Below, piece by piece: positions 9,389 through 18,969 of a stretch of 64,000 nt of DNA. This DNA is from Candidatus Multivoradales bacterium (GTDB lineage Bacteria; Acidobacteriota; Thermoanaerobaculia; Multivoradales; JAHEKO01), in NCBI GenBank assembly GCA_965223155.1, contig CBDCVR010000015.1, positions 1,184,001-1,248,000 on the forward strand, given 5' to 3'. The number at the start of each line of letters is the position of its first letter. The stretch's first letter is position 1. The notes below the pieces were generated by a model that was given only the letters and a program-made list of their open reading frames with translations, was not told the origin of the DNA and did not search any database. The translations under genes and the position numbers were made by a program.

Positions 9389-10536
9389 TGAGGGTCGCGT
9401 TCCTGGTCGATGGTCTCTGGGTAGGAGGGGCGGAACGCTCGATCGCCGAGCTTCTTCCCGAGCTTCAGCGCCTCGGGGTGGAGGCTTCTGTTCTCTGCCT
9501 GCGCCGGCGGACCGAAGGGGTCGAGGCCGAGGTTCTGGCTCAGGGTGTCGACGTGATCTTTCTCGAACCAGGGACCTACGTTGCTCAGTCGCGCGAGGTG
9601 GCTCAGGTTCTCCGCCGCCGGCGACCGGACATTCTCCTGTCGTCCCTGTTTCGAGCCAACCTCGTTGCCAGGCTGGCTCGCAGGACCGGCGTGCCCACGC
9701 TCATCGTCAACAGCCTGACGAACTGTGCGTACGAACCAGCGCGATACCGGGACCCCGGCGTCACGGCTTGGCGCCTAGGCGTGGTGCGACGCCTCGACGG
9801 CTGGACGGCGCGGCGATGGGTCGACTATTTCCACGCGGTGTCCGAGGCCGTCAAGGAATCGGCGGTGCGATCGCTGGGGATCGACGCTCGGAGGGTGGGC
9901 GTCGTGCCCAGGGGGCGAAGCCCCGAGCGGTTGGGCCGCCCTAGCCAAGAGCGGAGACTCGCCGCGCGCCAGGCCCTCGACATCGATCCCGAGACGCCCC
10001 TGGTGGTCACGGTCGGCCGCCAGGATTACCAGAAGGACCAGGCGAGCCTGCTGCTGGCCATGGCGCGAGTGCGCCGCCGGTTTCCGGAGGCCCTGCTGGC
10101 CGTCGCCGGACGGCGCGGAAGCATGACCGGGAAGCTCCAGGACTTGCGGAAGAGTCTCGATCTCGAGAGCTCGGTGCGATTCTTGGGGCATGTAGAGAAC
10201 GTACCGGACGTGCTGGCCGCGGCGGATCTGTTCGCATTCCCATCCTTGTACGAGGGGATGCCAGGTGCCGTGCTCGAAGCCATGGCCCTGGGCCTGCCGG
10301 TCGTGGCAACCGACATTGCGCCGGTGCAGGAAGTGGTCGATCCGGGCCGGAACGCCCTCTTGGTGACTCCTGGTGCGGCCGACGAGCTGGCCAGTGCTGT
10401 CGAGCGACTCCTGGCAGACGGCAGCTTGAGGGATGCATTCGGTCAAGCCGGCCGCGATCTGTTTCTGGATCGCTATACCGTGGAACGAAGCGCGGCAGCG
10501 ATGGAAGCTCTGTTTCGCCGGCTTCTCGAGAGCTGA
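9388..10536 (+). CDS. Glycosyltransferase family 4
   Basis: GGAERS, VGRQDYQK, PSLYEGMPGAVLEAMA. ATG 9388 overlaps the upstream TGA. Confidence 0.9.
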   Translation: MRVAFLVDGLWVGGAERSIAELLPELQRLGVEASVLCLRRRTEGVEAEVLAQGVDVIFLEPGTYVAQSREVAQVLRRRRPDILLSSLFRANLVARLARRTGVPTLIVNSLTNCAYEPARYRDPGVTAWRLGVVRRLDGWTARRWVDYFHAVSEAVKESAVRSLGIDARRVGVVPRGRSPERLGRPSQERRLAARQALDIDPETPLVVTVGRQDYQKDQASLLLAMARVRRRFPEALLAVAGRRGSMTGKLQDLRKSLDLESSVRFLGHVENVPDVLAAADLFAFPSLYEGMPGAVLEAMALGLPVVATDIAPVQEVVDPGRNALLVTPGAADELASAVERLLADGSLRDAFGQAGRDLFLDRYTVERSAAAMEALFRRLLES

Positions 10537-10587
10537 CGAAAGACGCTTCGTCTACGTCCGACAGCGGGGGCGAGCGAGGGCATCGAA

Positions 10588-10596
10588 TGCTAAACT
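10588..10596 (+). promoter_or_regulatory. Candidate internal extended -10 promoter element
   Basis: TGcTAAACT in the ~100-bp gap before the third GT4 gene. Confidence 0.35.
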
Positions 10597-10630
10597 GAAG
10601 GTTCGCGCCTGCGTATCCATCGCGCCACCC

Positions 10631-11839
10631 ATGTCGGGGCAGGGCGGGAGAATCGAGCCGATCGTGACGAAGAACTCGGACCAGCAAGGGAAGATTCGCG
10701 TCTTCCACTTGATCAAGGGACTAGGGGTAGGTGGCGCCGAGTCTCTTCTGAGCGAAGGTCTTGCGGTGGCCGACCGCGGGCGCTTCGAATTCGGTTTCGG
10801 GTATTTCCTGCCCTGGAAGGACCAACTGGTCGAAACGCTCGAGAGCCTGGGCGGCGAGGTCACCTGCTTCGATGCTGGAAGCCCCTTGGCGATGGCGCGG
10901 TCGATCCCGAGAGTCGCACGCTTCCTCAAGGACTGGCGTGCCGATCTGGTGCACTGTCACCTGCCATTGAGCGGAGTCGTGGGCCGCTTGGCGGGAGGCC
11001 GGGCCGGTGTCCCCGTGATCTACACCGAGCACAACCTTCAGGAGCGGTATCACCCGGCGACCGCGTGGGCGAACCGGTTGACCTGGCGCCGGCAGACCCG
11101 GGCCCTGGCGGTTTCGGGAGAGGTCGAGGCCTCCATCCAGCGCCATCTTGGCGACCGGGTGCCGGTCGAGCGGGTCCTCAACGGAATCCGGGTCGAAGCC
11201 TTCTCTCGGAACGGCGCGGGACCCGAAACACGGCGCCATCTCGGCATTCCGGATACCGCGCCCGTGGTCGGGACGGTGGCGGTCTTCAGGCGCCAGAAAC
11301 GATTGGACCAGTGGTTCGACGTGGCGGGCCGGTTGGGCTCGACACTCCCGGACCTCCATTTCCTGGTCGTGGGGGACGGACCGTTGCGTGCCGAGGTGGA
11401 AGCGCGGGCCGGCAGGCTTGGCGAGCGCATGCACCTGGTGGGCTTTCGCGACGACGTGGCTCCGTATCTCTCGGCGATGGACGTCTTTCTGATGACTTCG
11501 GAGCACGAGGGGCTGCCGCTGGCGTTGCTCGAGGCGATGGCGTCCGAGCTGGCGGTCGTGGCGACAGGGGTGGGGGGCATTCCCGAGGTCATCGAAGACG
11601 GCCGGTCCGGATTCCTCTCGGCGAGTGCCGAGTCCGCCGTGGACTTGGTGTCCCGGCTGGTCGCCGATCGGGTTCTGCGCGACCGCATCGGCGGCCAGGC
11701 GAGGCGCAGGGTAGCTGAATCGTTCAGCATGGAGCGGATGGCCAGAGCGCTGGAGCGGATCTACCTCGACGTGCTGGCGGACTTTGCGGGACCGGCGGCC
11801 GAGTTTGCCGCGGAGCGGAGCGTCGAGTCGTACTCTTGA
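10631..11839 (+). CDS. Glycosyltransferase family 4
   Basis: HLIKGLGVGGAE, YTEHN, QKR, SEHEGLPLALLEAMA. Start uncertain (ATG 10631 or GTG 10664). Confidence 0.88.
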   Translation: MSGQGGRIEPIVTKNSDQQGKIRVFHLIKGLGVGGAESLLSEGLAVADRGRFEFGFGYFLPWKDQLVETLESLGGEVTCFDAGSPLAMARSIPRVARFLKDWRADLVHCHLPLSGVVGRLAGGRAGVPVIYTEHNLQERYHPATAWANRLTWRRQTRALAVSGEVEASIQRHLGDRVPVERVLNGIRVEAFSRNGAGPETRRHLGIPDTAPVVGTVAVFRRQKRLDQWFDVAGRLGSTLPDLHFLVVGDGPLRAEVEARAGRLGERMHLVGFRDDVAPYLSAMDVFLMTSEHEGLPLALLEAMASELAVVATGVGGIPEVIEDGRSGFLSASAESAVDLVSRLVADRVLRDRIGGQARRRVAESFSMERMARALERIYLDVLADFAGPAAEFAAERSVESYS

Positions 11840-12807
11840 CCGGCGAGTACTCGATTCGCCCGACGAGACCGGACGATACCCAGGCCATCGCCGAGCTCCT
11901 TCGACTGTGCCTCGGCGGGCGCAAGTCGCAGAGCTTTCTGAATTGGAAGCACGGCGCCAATCCTTTCGGATCTTCGCCGGGTCTCGTAGCCGAGGCCGAG
12001 GGGCGGTTGGTCGCGTTTCGCACCTTCTTGCGCTGGCGCTTCGACTTCGGCGGTGCTGCCGTCGATGCCTACCGGCCGGTGGATACCGCCACTCACCCCG
12101 AATGGCGGCGCCGAGGCCTTTTTTCGACCCTGACTCGGCAACTGGTCGCGAGAGTCGAGAGGGAAGGAGCTCACCTCATCTTCAATACTCCTGGCGCGGC
12201 CAGCCGCGATGGGTACCTGGGGCTCGGTTGGCAGAAGATCGGGCGGCCTCCGCTGCTGCTCAAGCCAAGTCCCGGCCGCACGGATCGCGCCGGAGAAGCG
12301 GCGCCGGCGTCTGAGTTTCTTGCGTCGGCCGATGTCGAGAGATTCCTGGCGGGGTGCGATTCGCCGCGGACAGGATCCGGTCGTCTCGTAACGCGAAAGA
12401 GTCGAGAGTTTCTCGCTTGGCGGTACGCTGACGTACCGGGTTTCTTCTACGAAGTACTCTCCTCCTCTGGGACCGATGGCTGCGCCGCGGTGATCGTTCA
12501 TTCCCGGGTTCGGCGCCGGTTCCGCGAGGTCAAGCTCTGTGAGGTCTTGGTAGGCGAAGGTGCGGCGAGCAAGAAACGAGCGATCGAGCTCGCCAGGGGT
12601 CTGGGGCGGCGCCTGCCCGCCGACTATTTCGTGGCCTGTGCCGCGCGCAGCACCCGCGAGCGGTCGATCTACCGCCGCGCCGGCTTCCTGCCGGTTCCTG
12701 CCGGACCGCCGCCGATCCTCGGGCGCCGGCTCGAAGCGACGACCGCCTCGATCTGGACGGGCCTGCGCAAGGCGGGCTGGAGTCTCGGTGATCTCGAGCT
12801 CTTCTAG
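11836..12807 (+). CDS. GNAT family acyltransferase (polysaccharide-locus type)
   Basis: Acetyl-CoA motif A DTATHPEWRRRGLF, FNTP, and FLAWRY in the second half. Confidence 0.8.
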   Translation: MTGEYSIRPTRPDDTQAIAELLRLCLGGRKSQSFLNWKHGANPFGSSPGLVAEAEGRLVAFRTFLRWRFDFGGAAVDAYRPVDTATHPEWRRRGLFSTLTRQLVARVEREGAHLIFNTPGAASRDGYLGLGWQKIGRPPLLLKPSPGRTDRAGEAAPASEFLASADVERFLAGCDSPRTGSGRLVTRKSREFLAWRYADVPGFFYEVLSSSGTDGCAAVIVHSRVRRRFREVKLCEVLVGEGAASKKRAIELARGLGRRLPADYFVACAARSTRERSIYRRAGFLPVPAGPPPILGRRLEATTASIWTGLRKAGWSLGDLELF

Positions 12808-12809
12808 AA

Positions 12810-14030
12810 ATGACCTATAACTTCGTTGGTTTCGCCCTGCTCTCGGTCCTGGCATTCCTCTTCGTGCCCGTACTGGTCAAGCAGTGGCTGCGTATTCCTC
12901 AGGCGATTCTTCTCGGGGCGATCGCGGTTCGCGCTCTGGGGAGCCTGATCCGTTACGAGGTGCTGTATCGATTCTATGGGGGCGTTGGAGACGCGGTGGC
13001 GTACTACTTCGAGGGCCTGGAAGTTGCGCGCAGACTGTGGCGGTTTGATTTGGGGCCGCTGTCTCCCCTCTACTGGTTCGACACAGCGCGTTGGTGGGGA
13101 ACCCCCTTTCTGGAAAAACTGGCCGGCCTGGCTGTCGCGATGTCGGGTCCCTCGATGCGCTCCTCGTTCTTCCTGTTCAGCCTCGCCGCCTTTGCGGGTC
13201 TGGTGATGATGGCGGTGGCGTTTCAGAGATCGATGTCGGTGCCGGCGTCGATTCGATTTGCCACCTTTCTGCTGCTCTGGCCGTCGCTCTGGTTCTGGCC
13301 CGGAAGCATCGGCAAGGAAGCGGTGACGTTTCTGGCGGTGGGGCTGACGACCCTGGGTGCGGTTGGCAAGAGGGAATCCGTGTCCTGGCTGCCGCTGGTG
13401 AGCGGACTCTTGCTGGCCTTTGCCATACGACCGCACGTAGCGGTGGTGCTGGCCTTTGCGCTGGCGGTTCAGCAGTGGACGGTGCGCCGGGAGAGAATCA
13501 ACACGCGGGCCGCGGCCGAGGCGCTGGTCCTCGTGCTGGTCCTGGTCGTGGCATTGGCGGGGATGACGCAGACCTTCGGCTCCGACGAGCGATTCCAGCT
13601 TGGCGACGATGGCAATGTCGTCGATTTCCTGGGGTTCTGGGCCGGTCAGTCGACCGCGGGCGGAAGCCGAATCGCCGTGGCGCCACTGGGACTTGTCGGA
13701 ATCCCGGTGGCCTTTGCCAACATCTGGCTGCGGCCGTTCCCGTGGGAGATCGGCAACCCGATGATGGCCCTTGCGTTTGCCGAGCTCGCCGTGTTTTGGT
13801 GGTTGGTGGCGCGTAACCGGAATGCCGTATGGCTGACGCTCAAGAACTGGCGCCACAGCCGGATCTTGCGGTTTGCGCTGCCGCTGCTCCTGGCGTACAC
13901 GCTCTTGATCGGCTTTACCTTTGGCAATCTCGGGATCATCGCCAGGCAGCGCACCCCGGTCTATCCCTGCATGCTGATGGTGCTCTGCGCTATGCCGCGC
14001 CCGGTGCTCCGGACCGGCTCGCGGCGCTAG
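12810..14030 (+). CDS. Multi-pass membrane protein, putative Wzy-type polysaccharide polymerase
   Basis: About 10 hydrophobic segments; PSLWFWPGSIGKEA, IRPH, RPFPWE, GNLGIIARQR; last gene of the GT operon. Confidence 0.6.
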   Translation: MTYNFVGFALLSVLAFLFVPVLVKQWLRIPQAILLGAIAVRALGSLIRYEVLYRFYGGVGDAVAYYFEGLEVARRLWRFDLGPLSPLYWFDTARWWGTPFLEKLAGLAVAMSGPSMRSSFFLFSLAAFAGLVMMAVAFQRSMSVPASIRFATFLLLWPSLWFWPGSIGKEAVTFLAVGLTTLGAVGKRESVSWLPLVSGLLLAFAIRPHVAVVLAFALAVQQWTVRRERINTRAAAEALVLVLVLVVALAGMTQTFGSDERFQLGDDGNVVDFLGFWAGQSTAGGSRIAVAPLGLVGIPVAFANIWLRPFPWEIGNPMMALAFAELAVFWWLVARNRNAVWLTLKNWRHSRILRFALPLLLAYTLLIGFTFGNLGIIARQRTPVYPCMLMVLCAMPRPVLRTGSRR

Positions 14031-14055
14031 TCCGGCTGCTCTCGCTAGGGCTCGG

Positions 14056-15267
14056 CTAGAGAAACCACTCGCGCAGCACGACCGTGTCGCCCGCCTGCAA
14101 GGCGATGTCCGGCCGCTTGCCGGTCCGGATCTTCTTGACGTCGACCCAGAGGGTCTCTTGCTCGCCGCTTGACAGGCGGCGGATGATCGACACCTTGCCC
14201 AGCTTGGCGCGCTCGGTGGGGCCACCGGCCGCGGTGATGGCTTGCAAGACGGAGATACCCTCGGCGCCCAGAAACTCGATGCTTCCGGGGTTGCGCACGG
14301 CACCGGTGACATGCACCGAGAAGACCTTGCTTTCCGGAGCCATCACAATGTCTCCGGGCAAGATGGGGACGTTGAGACCGAGATCTCCTTCGTCGATGAG
14401 TCGAGAGGCGTCGATCTCGAGGCGGCTCTGGGCGCCGCCGGCGTCACGGCGGATGATGACGACCTTGTCCGAGCTCTGGCGGCCGCGGTCCAGTCCGCCG
14501 GCAATGCCCAACACCTCGAGCAAGCTCAGGCTACCCCGGGCTGGATAGATCCCCGGCCGGTTGACGGCCCCCTGGACCGAGATTCCGCCGAGCGCGGTCT
14601 CCTCGACCACGACGAACACCTTGGGATTCTTGAGAAACTGTCCCTCACGCAGCAAGGCGGCGATCCGTTCCTCGGCCTGCTCCGGGGTCAGGCCCGCGAT
14701 GTCGAAACGGCCCAGCAAGGGAAGTGCGATGCGCCCATCGGGAGTGACCCGCGGCTGACCGTCGAGCTCGGATGTGCCGAAAACGTCGACGTTGAGCTTG
14801 TCGCCGGGTCCGATTCGGGCGGTGCCGCCAAGAGCCACCGAGGACGCGGTTTGGAGGTGGAGCTCGACCGAATTCTGGCGGCGCTCGAGACTGAAGAAAG
14901 CAGGTTCTCGAGTCTCGACCGTGACCGTCACCAGGTTTCGCTCTCCGCGCAGGCTGGAAATGGAGATTCTGGAGACGAGGCCGCTCTGGTATTGCTGGTC
15001 GGCCAACCCCTGGGAGAGCAGGGCGTCTTCGAGATCGACTTCCAGTCGCCGGGCGCTGACCGAGCGTGTGCGCCAGTCGACCTGTCGGTCGAGATCGAAG
15101 ACGACGAGGGTGCCGTCCGTGTGCGTGACGCGGCCGACAGCGAGAAGGGTCGGAATCGTCTGAGTTTCGGAACCGACGGGACTCACCGCTTCGGCCTGGG
15201 CCGCCGCCGGTGGGGATGGCGCCAGAAGGAGAAGCACGCCGAGCAGGATTGGAAGAAGTCGTTTCAT
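14056..15267 (-). CDS. Polysaccharide export protein (OPX/Wza family) with N-terminal AMIN-like domain and SLBB repeats
   Basis: Signal peptide without a lipobox; Poly_export IGPGDKLNVDVFG..DGRIALPLLG..AGLT; two SLBB domains (VQGAVNRPG, VTGAVRNPG..AITAAGG); ends VVLREWFL. Confidence 0.85.
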   Translation of the reverse strand: MKRLLPILLGVLLLLAPSPPAAAQAEAVSPVGSETQTIPTLLAVGRVTHTDGTLVVFDLDRQVDWRTRSVSARRLEVDLEDALLSQGLADQQYQSGLVSRISISSLRGERNLVTVTVETREPAFFSLERRQNSVELHLQTASSVALGGTARIGPGDKLNVDVFGTSELDGQPRVTPDGRIALPLLGRFDIAGLTPEQAEERIAALLREGQFLKNPKVFVVVEETALGGISVQGAVNRPGIYPARGSLSLLEVLGIAGGLDRGRQSSDKVVIIRRDAGGAQSRLEIDASRLIDEGDLGLNVPILPGDIVMAPESKVFSVHVTGAVRNPGSIEFLGAEGISVLQAITAAGGPTERAKLGKVSIIRRLSSGEQETLWVDVKKIRTGKRPDIALQAGDTVVLREWFL

Positions 15268-15284
15268 GGGGAACCTCGAAGGGG

Positions 15285-16574
15285 TTAGTTGGACACGATC
15301 TCGATGTCGTCCAGATCCAAGCCGAGCCCGAAGTGCAGCGCGTCGACGGTACGGTCGAACTCGGGGAAATTCGAGTCGTAGTCCCGGCGCGAACCCCCCA
15401 GGTTGAGACTGACGCGCCGCAGCTTCATGTTGAAAATCAAGCCGTAGGAGACGAAGTCATCTTCTCGTGGCGAGAATCCGCTCTCCTGGTAGTCGACGAC
15501 TCCGGACTCGCCGAGGACTCGTAGCGAGAGCCGGCTCGAGATTGCCGGAGTGAGCGAAACGCCGAAGGCAGTGGTCAAGTAGTATGGGATCTCTTGATTG
15601 AGAGAGTATCCGAGGCTTCGGCGGCCGAAGAACTGCAACCCCAGATAGGGGCGCGTTTGAATGCCGACCAGAGCTCGACCGAGCGCCTGGGACGTCGTTT
15701 GCTCAGGGAGGGCGTCGAACTCGATCTCGTGAACGGCAAGGTCGAGCGCCAGGCGGAGCCGCTCGTTGGCTTGATCGAAGCGAAAGATCCCGGCAGTACT
15801 GGTGTTGGAGCGATCGAAGCCGGCACCAGGCCGCGAGAAGTCCGACTCGGATTCCTGGATTCCGAGCCCGATATTGGCACCGTGGGTCGTCTGGTAGAGA
15901 AGACCCGCGGCGACGATGCTTTCGTCGCGATCGTGCGCCGCGACGTCGGCCAGGACGTCTTCCTGATCGAAGCCGGTCTCTTGGTAGGTCGCTTCGAGGA
16001 ACAAGCCGAGACCGCCGCGGATGGCGCCGGTCACGCGCAGCTCGGCGCGGTCTTTCCGGGTCGTCACCTGGTCCTCGAATTCCGAGCTGAAGATCTCGCC
16101 GTGCTCTTGAGCGGAGAGGCCGAGCGAGTAGCCGAGGCGCCCGGTCTCGCCGATCAATCGAGTCGCGATGCGGCCGCGGAATCCGCTGCGGGCGCCACCG
16201 TCCTCGAGCCAGGTGTAGCGTGGCAGGACTTCGGTTGTCCAGATGGTCCGTCTGCCCACGGGAAGGTAGCCCTTGAGACCCGCGACCAGCGAGGCCGTGG
16301 GCCGGGTCTTGGTGTCGTAGATGTCGAATCCGTCGCTCGTGGTCTTGCGCTGCCTTGCGGTCGTGCGGACACCGATCTGACGAATCTCGAGCGTTGGACT
16401 GAGAAAGTACCGGCCCAGCTTCCACCGCGCGTTGGAGAGCTCGTTCTCGAACAAGGTGTAGGACGGTGCGGGTTGCTCCCAGACGCCGGGTTCCGCGTGC
16501 CCACCGAATTGGGCGAACGAGGGGATCGCGGTGAGGAGACAGCTACAAGCGAGTACCGTGATTCTGGGTCTCAT
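15285..16574 (-). CDS. Outer-membrane beta-barrel protein, polysaccharide-export associated
   Basis: Signal peptide MRPRITVLACSCLLTAIPSFAQ; alternating amphipathic beta-strands rich in Y/F/G; adjacent to OPX. Alternative start at 16640. Confidence 0.65.
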   Translation of the reverse strand: MRPRITVLACSCLLTAIPSFAQFGGHAEPGVWEQPAPSYTLFENELSNARWKLGRYFLSPTLEIRQIGVRTTARQRKTTSDGFDIYDTKTRPTASLVAGLKGYLPVGRRTIWTTEVLPRYTWLEDGGARSGFRGRIATRLIGETGRLGYSLGLSAQEHGEIFSSEFEDQVTTRKDRAELRVTGAIRGGLGLFLEATYQETGFDQEDVLADVAAHDRDESIVAAGLLYQTTHGANIGLGIQESESDFSRPGAGFDRSNTSTAGIFRFDQANERLRLALDLAVHEIEFDALPEQTTSQALGRALVGIQTRPYLGLQFFGRRSLGYSLNQEIPYYLTTAFGVSLTPAISSRLSLRVLGESGVVDYQESGFSPREDDFVSYGLIFNMKLRRVSLNLGGSRRDYDSNFPEFDRTVDALHFGLGLDLDDIEIVSN

Positions 16575-16636
16575 GGAGGTCTCCCGCGGAGTCGCAACCG
16601 CACCGGGCGGCTCCGCCGGGCGGATTGTTTCACGAC

Positions 16637-17398
16637 TCAACCGTCGTCATCCACGGCGGCCAACAGAGCGCGCGGCCGCTGACGCAGCCACCGATCGACG
16701 TGGACCGCCGAGAAGGACTGTTCCAGAATGGCCGCCGCTCCGGCAAGGTTTGGCGGCCGGCGGACCGGATCGTGGCCGTCCGAGGCGATGAAGTCGACGA
16801 GACCGCCATGCAGGAGATGGTCGACCGGGCGCTTCCGTCCCCAGCGCGGCGTGCGGATGGCTTCGGCGTTGACCTGAATGACGACGCCGTCGCCCTTGAG
16901 CTCGGCGATGAGGGCGGGCTCGGCGGCAAGCGCCGGGTAGCGTTCGACGTGCGCGAGCACCGGCACGAAACCGGCGTCGGCGATGCGCTCGAGAGCCCCT
17001 CGGAAAGCGTGCGCCGGAAGACCGGGGAAGAACTCGACCAAGAGGTGGCGTGTGCCGGCCAGGGGCAGAACCCGCTTGTCCTCGAGAGCTTCAAAGAAGA
17101 ACGAATCGACGTAGTGCTCGGCGCCCAGGACGAGCTCGATCGAGGCGAGCGCCGGCTCGACATCGGCTCGTGCGGCCAGCGCGGCGCGGAGCTCCTCGAA
17201 GGTGCTCGCCAGCTCGGCCGGCGAGCGCTCGTCGAAATACGGGGCGTAGAGGTGCGAGGTTGCCGCGAGCACGGAGGTGCCGTTCGCGGCCGCGAGGCGC
17301 ACGAGGTCCAGGGCGGCCTTGAGATCCGGCGGCCCGTCGTCGACTCCGGGCAGAACGTGGCAATGGCAGTCGACGAACCCTGAGGAGGTCCCGTTCAC
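16637..17398 (-). CDS. CpsB/CapC PHP-family tyrosine-protein phosphatase
   Basis: DCHCHVLPGVDDG, ATSH, GAE, AHVERY, ASDGH. GTG 17398 overlaps the upstream TGA. Confidence 0.9.
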   Translation of the reverse strand: MNGTSSGFVDCHCHVLPGVDDGPPDLKAALDLVRLAAANGTSVLAATSHLYAPYFDERSPAELASTFEELRAALAARADVEPALASIELVLGAEHYVDSFFFEALEDKRVLPLAGTRHLLVEFFPGLPAHAFRGALERIADAGFVPVLAHVERYPALAAEPALIAELKGDGVVIQVNAEAIRTPRWGRKRPVDHLLHGGLVDFIASDGHDPVRRPPNLAGAAAILEQSFSAVHVDRWLRQRPRALLAAVDDDG

Positions 17399-18969
17399 GG
17401 CCGGCCGAGCGCGCAGCGGAACCCCACCAGCGAGCTCGAGGAGTCCCGCACCAGGAAGGAACGATGGTCGGGGTCCATGCCTTCGAGAGTATGGTGTCCC
17501 TTGAGCACTCGGAACTCGGCCGTTTCGGCCTCTTGGGTTGGAGCGCTCGGCTGATACCGGGAGTTGGTCCATTCGTAGAGGGGCTCGAGGTCCAACTTGC
17601 CCGTGACAAATGCCAAGCGCCACTCCTGCTCGGTGGGTAGGCGCTTGCCCGCGCTGGCGCAGTAGACAACGGCTTGGTCGAAGCGAACGTCGGTCGCCGC
17701 GTCCACCAGGCTGTTGGCACGAGGGATGGACTCCAGAGCGGAATACGCTTGGAAGGACACCGGCTTGCGATCGATCCAGAAGGTCTCCTCGCCGTTGGCC
17801 GGGCCCACCCGGAGCATGCCGCGGCTGGCGCGCTTGAATGTTTTTTGGGCCAGGACCGCGGGATCTTCGGTGGGTTCGGGCTGCGGAGGTGGCGGCACCT
17901 CGGCTACCGGGTCCTCGCTCGGTAGCTCGGCTGGCGCGGCCGTACGTTCGGCTACGACGGGTGCCGGTGCGGGCTCGGCCGCCACCGGTTGGCTCCGCTG
18001 TCCGGCTTGGGCAACAATCGCCGCGGGGGGTCCGCCTCGGGCCGGCCAATAGGGAACGTAGACCGTGTCGAGCTCGGCCAAGACCAGCGGCTCGGCTTTG
18101 CCTTGGCCCATCGCCTTGAGATTGGCGGTCAGGACGAGGGGCTCGCCGCCAGGCCCTCCCCGGATGACCGAGACCTTTTCGAGGCCGGCTCGAGGCGTCG
18201 TTCCTCCGGCCGCTCCAAGGGCGAGATCGACCGAGGGCAGGGGGCTCTCGATCTCGACGAGACCGGGCTCCTCCACGGCCCCCAGGACGTAGACGCGGGT
18301 GCGCTTGCGCGGTCGGACCAGGACAATATCGCCGGCTCGGAGCGGCAGGTCGAGAGCCGGATCTCGACTGGTCAGCAGGTGTTCCCCATCGATCGGCGTC
18401 TTGGTCTGTGAGCCAGCCTCATCGAGGCGAACCAGCAGGATCGACGCGTCGGTGGCGACTGCGGGCAAGGCGCCAGCTGCGTCCAGCAGGGCCAGCAGGG
18501 TCGGATGCTCTTCCAGCCGGTAGGCGCCGGGCTCGGTGACTCCGCCGGAGATCGTGACTTCGCGCGGAGCCAAGGCGTCCAGGGTCACGAAGACCTGCGG
18601 GTCTTGAATCAGATCGGAGGCTTTGAGGATCCGCGCCAGGCGCCGTTCCGCTTGTTCGAGGGACAGTCCGGCGACCTGGATGCGATCGACCAGTGGGATC
18701 ACCAGGCGGCCATCGGGACGGACGTCGTAGACGCCCGATAGCTCATCCACACCGAAGACCTCGACCTCGAGCCGGTCTCCGGGAACGATCCGATACTCGC
18801 TCAGATGCTCGGTCGGGAAGCGGGAAATCTCGATCGCGGGGGCTTCTGGCTCTTGCGCGGACAGGCCGCCGACACCCAGACAGAGCCCGGCAAGAAAGCT
18901 CGCAACGATCCAACGAGCGCGCCGGTAGCGCCCGGATCGGGCACCGGCGGCACCTCCTAGCGAGCGCAC
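17395..18969 (-). CDS. OPX/Wza-family export protein fused to a C-terminal minimal FGE-sulfatase/CLec-fold domain
   Basis: YRIVPGDRLEVEVFG..DGRLVIPLV..AGLS, two SLBB domains, Pro/Ala/Glu linker, then FDQAVVYCASAGKRLPTEQEW..YEWT..RVLKG..VGFRCA. Confidence 0.8.
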   Translation of the reverse strand: MRSLGGAAGARSGRYRRARWIVASFLAGLCLGVGGLSAQEPEAPAIEISRFPTEHLSEYRIVPGDRLEVEVFGVDELSGVYDVRPDGRLVIPLVDRIQVAGLSLEQAERRLARILKASDLIQDPQVFVTLDALAPREVTISGGVTEPGAYRLEEHPTLLALLDAAGALPAVATDASILLVRLDEAGSQTKTPIDGEHLLTSRDPALDLPLRAGDIVLVRPRKRTRVYVLGAVEEPGLVEIESPLPSVDLALGAAGGTTPRAGLEKVSVIRGGPGGEPLVLTANLKAMGQGKAEPLVLAELDTVYVPYWPARGGPPAAIVAQAGQRSQPVAAEPAPAPVVAERTAAPAELPSEDPVAEVPPPPQPEPTEDPAVLAQKTFKRASRGMLRVGPANGEETFWIDRKPVSFQAYSALESIPRANSLVDAATDVRFDQAVVYCASAGKRLPTEQEWRLAFVTGKLDLEPLYEWTNSRYQPSAPTQEAETAEFRVLKGHHTLEGMDPDHRSFLVRDSSSSLVGFRCALGRP

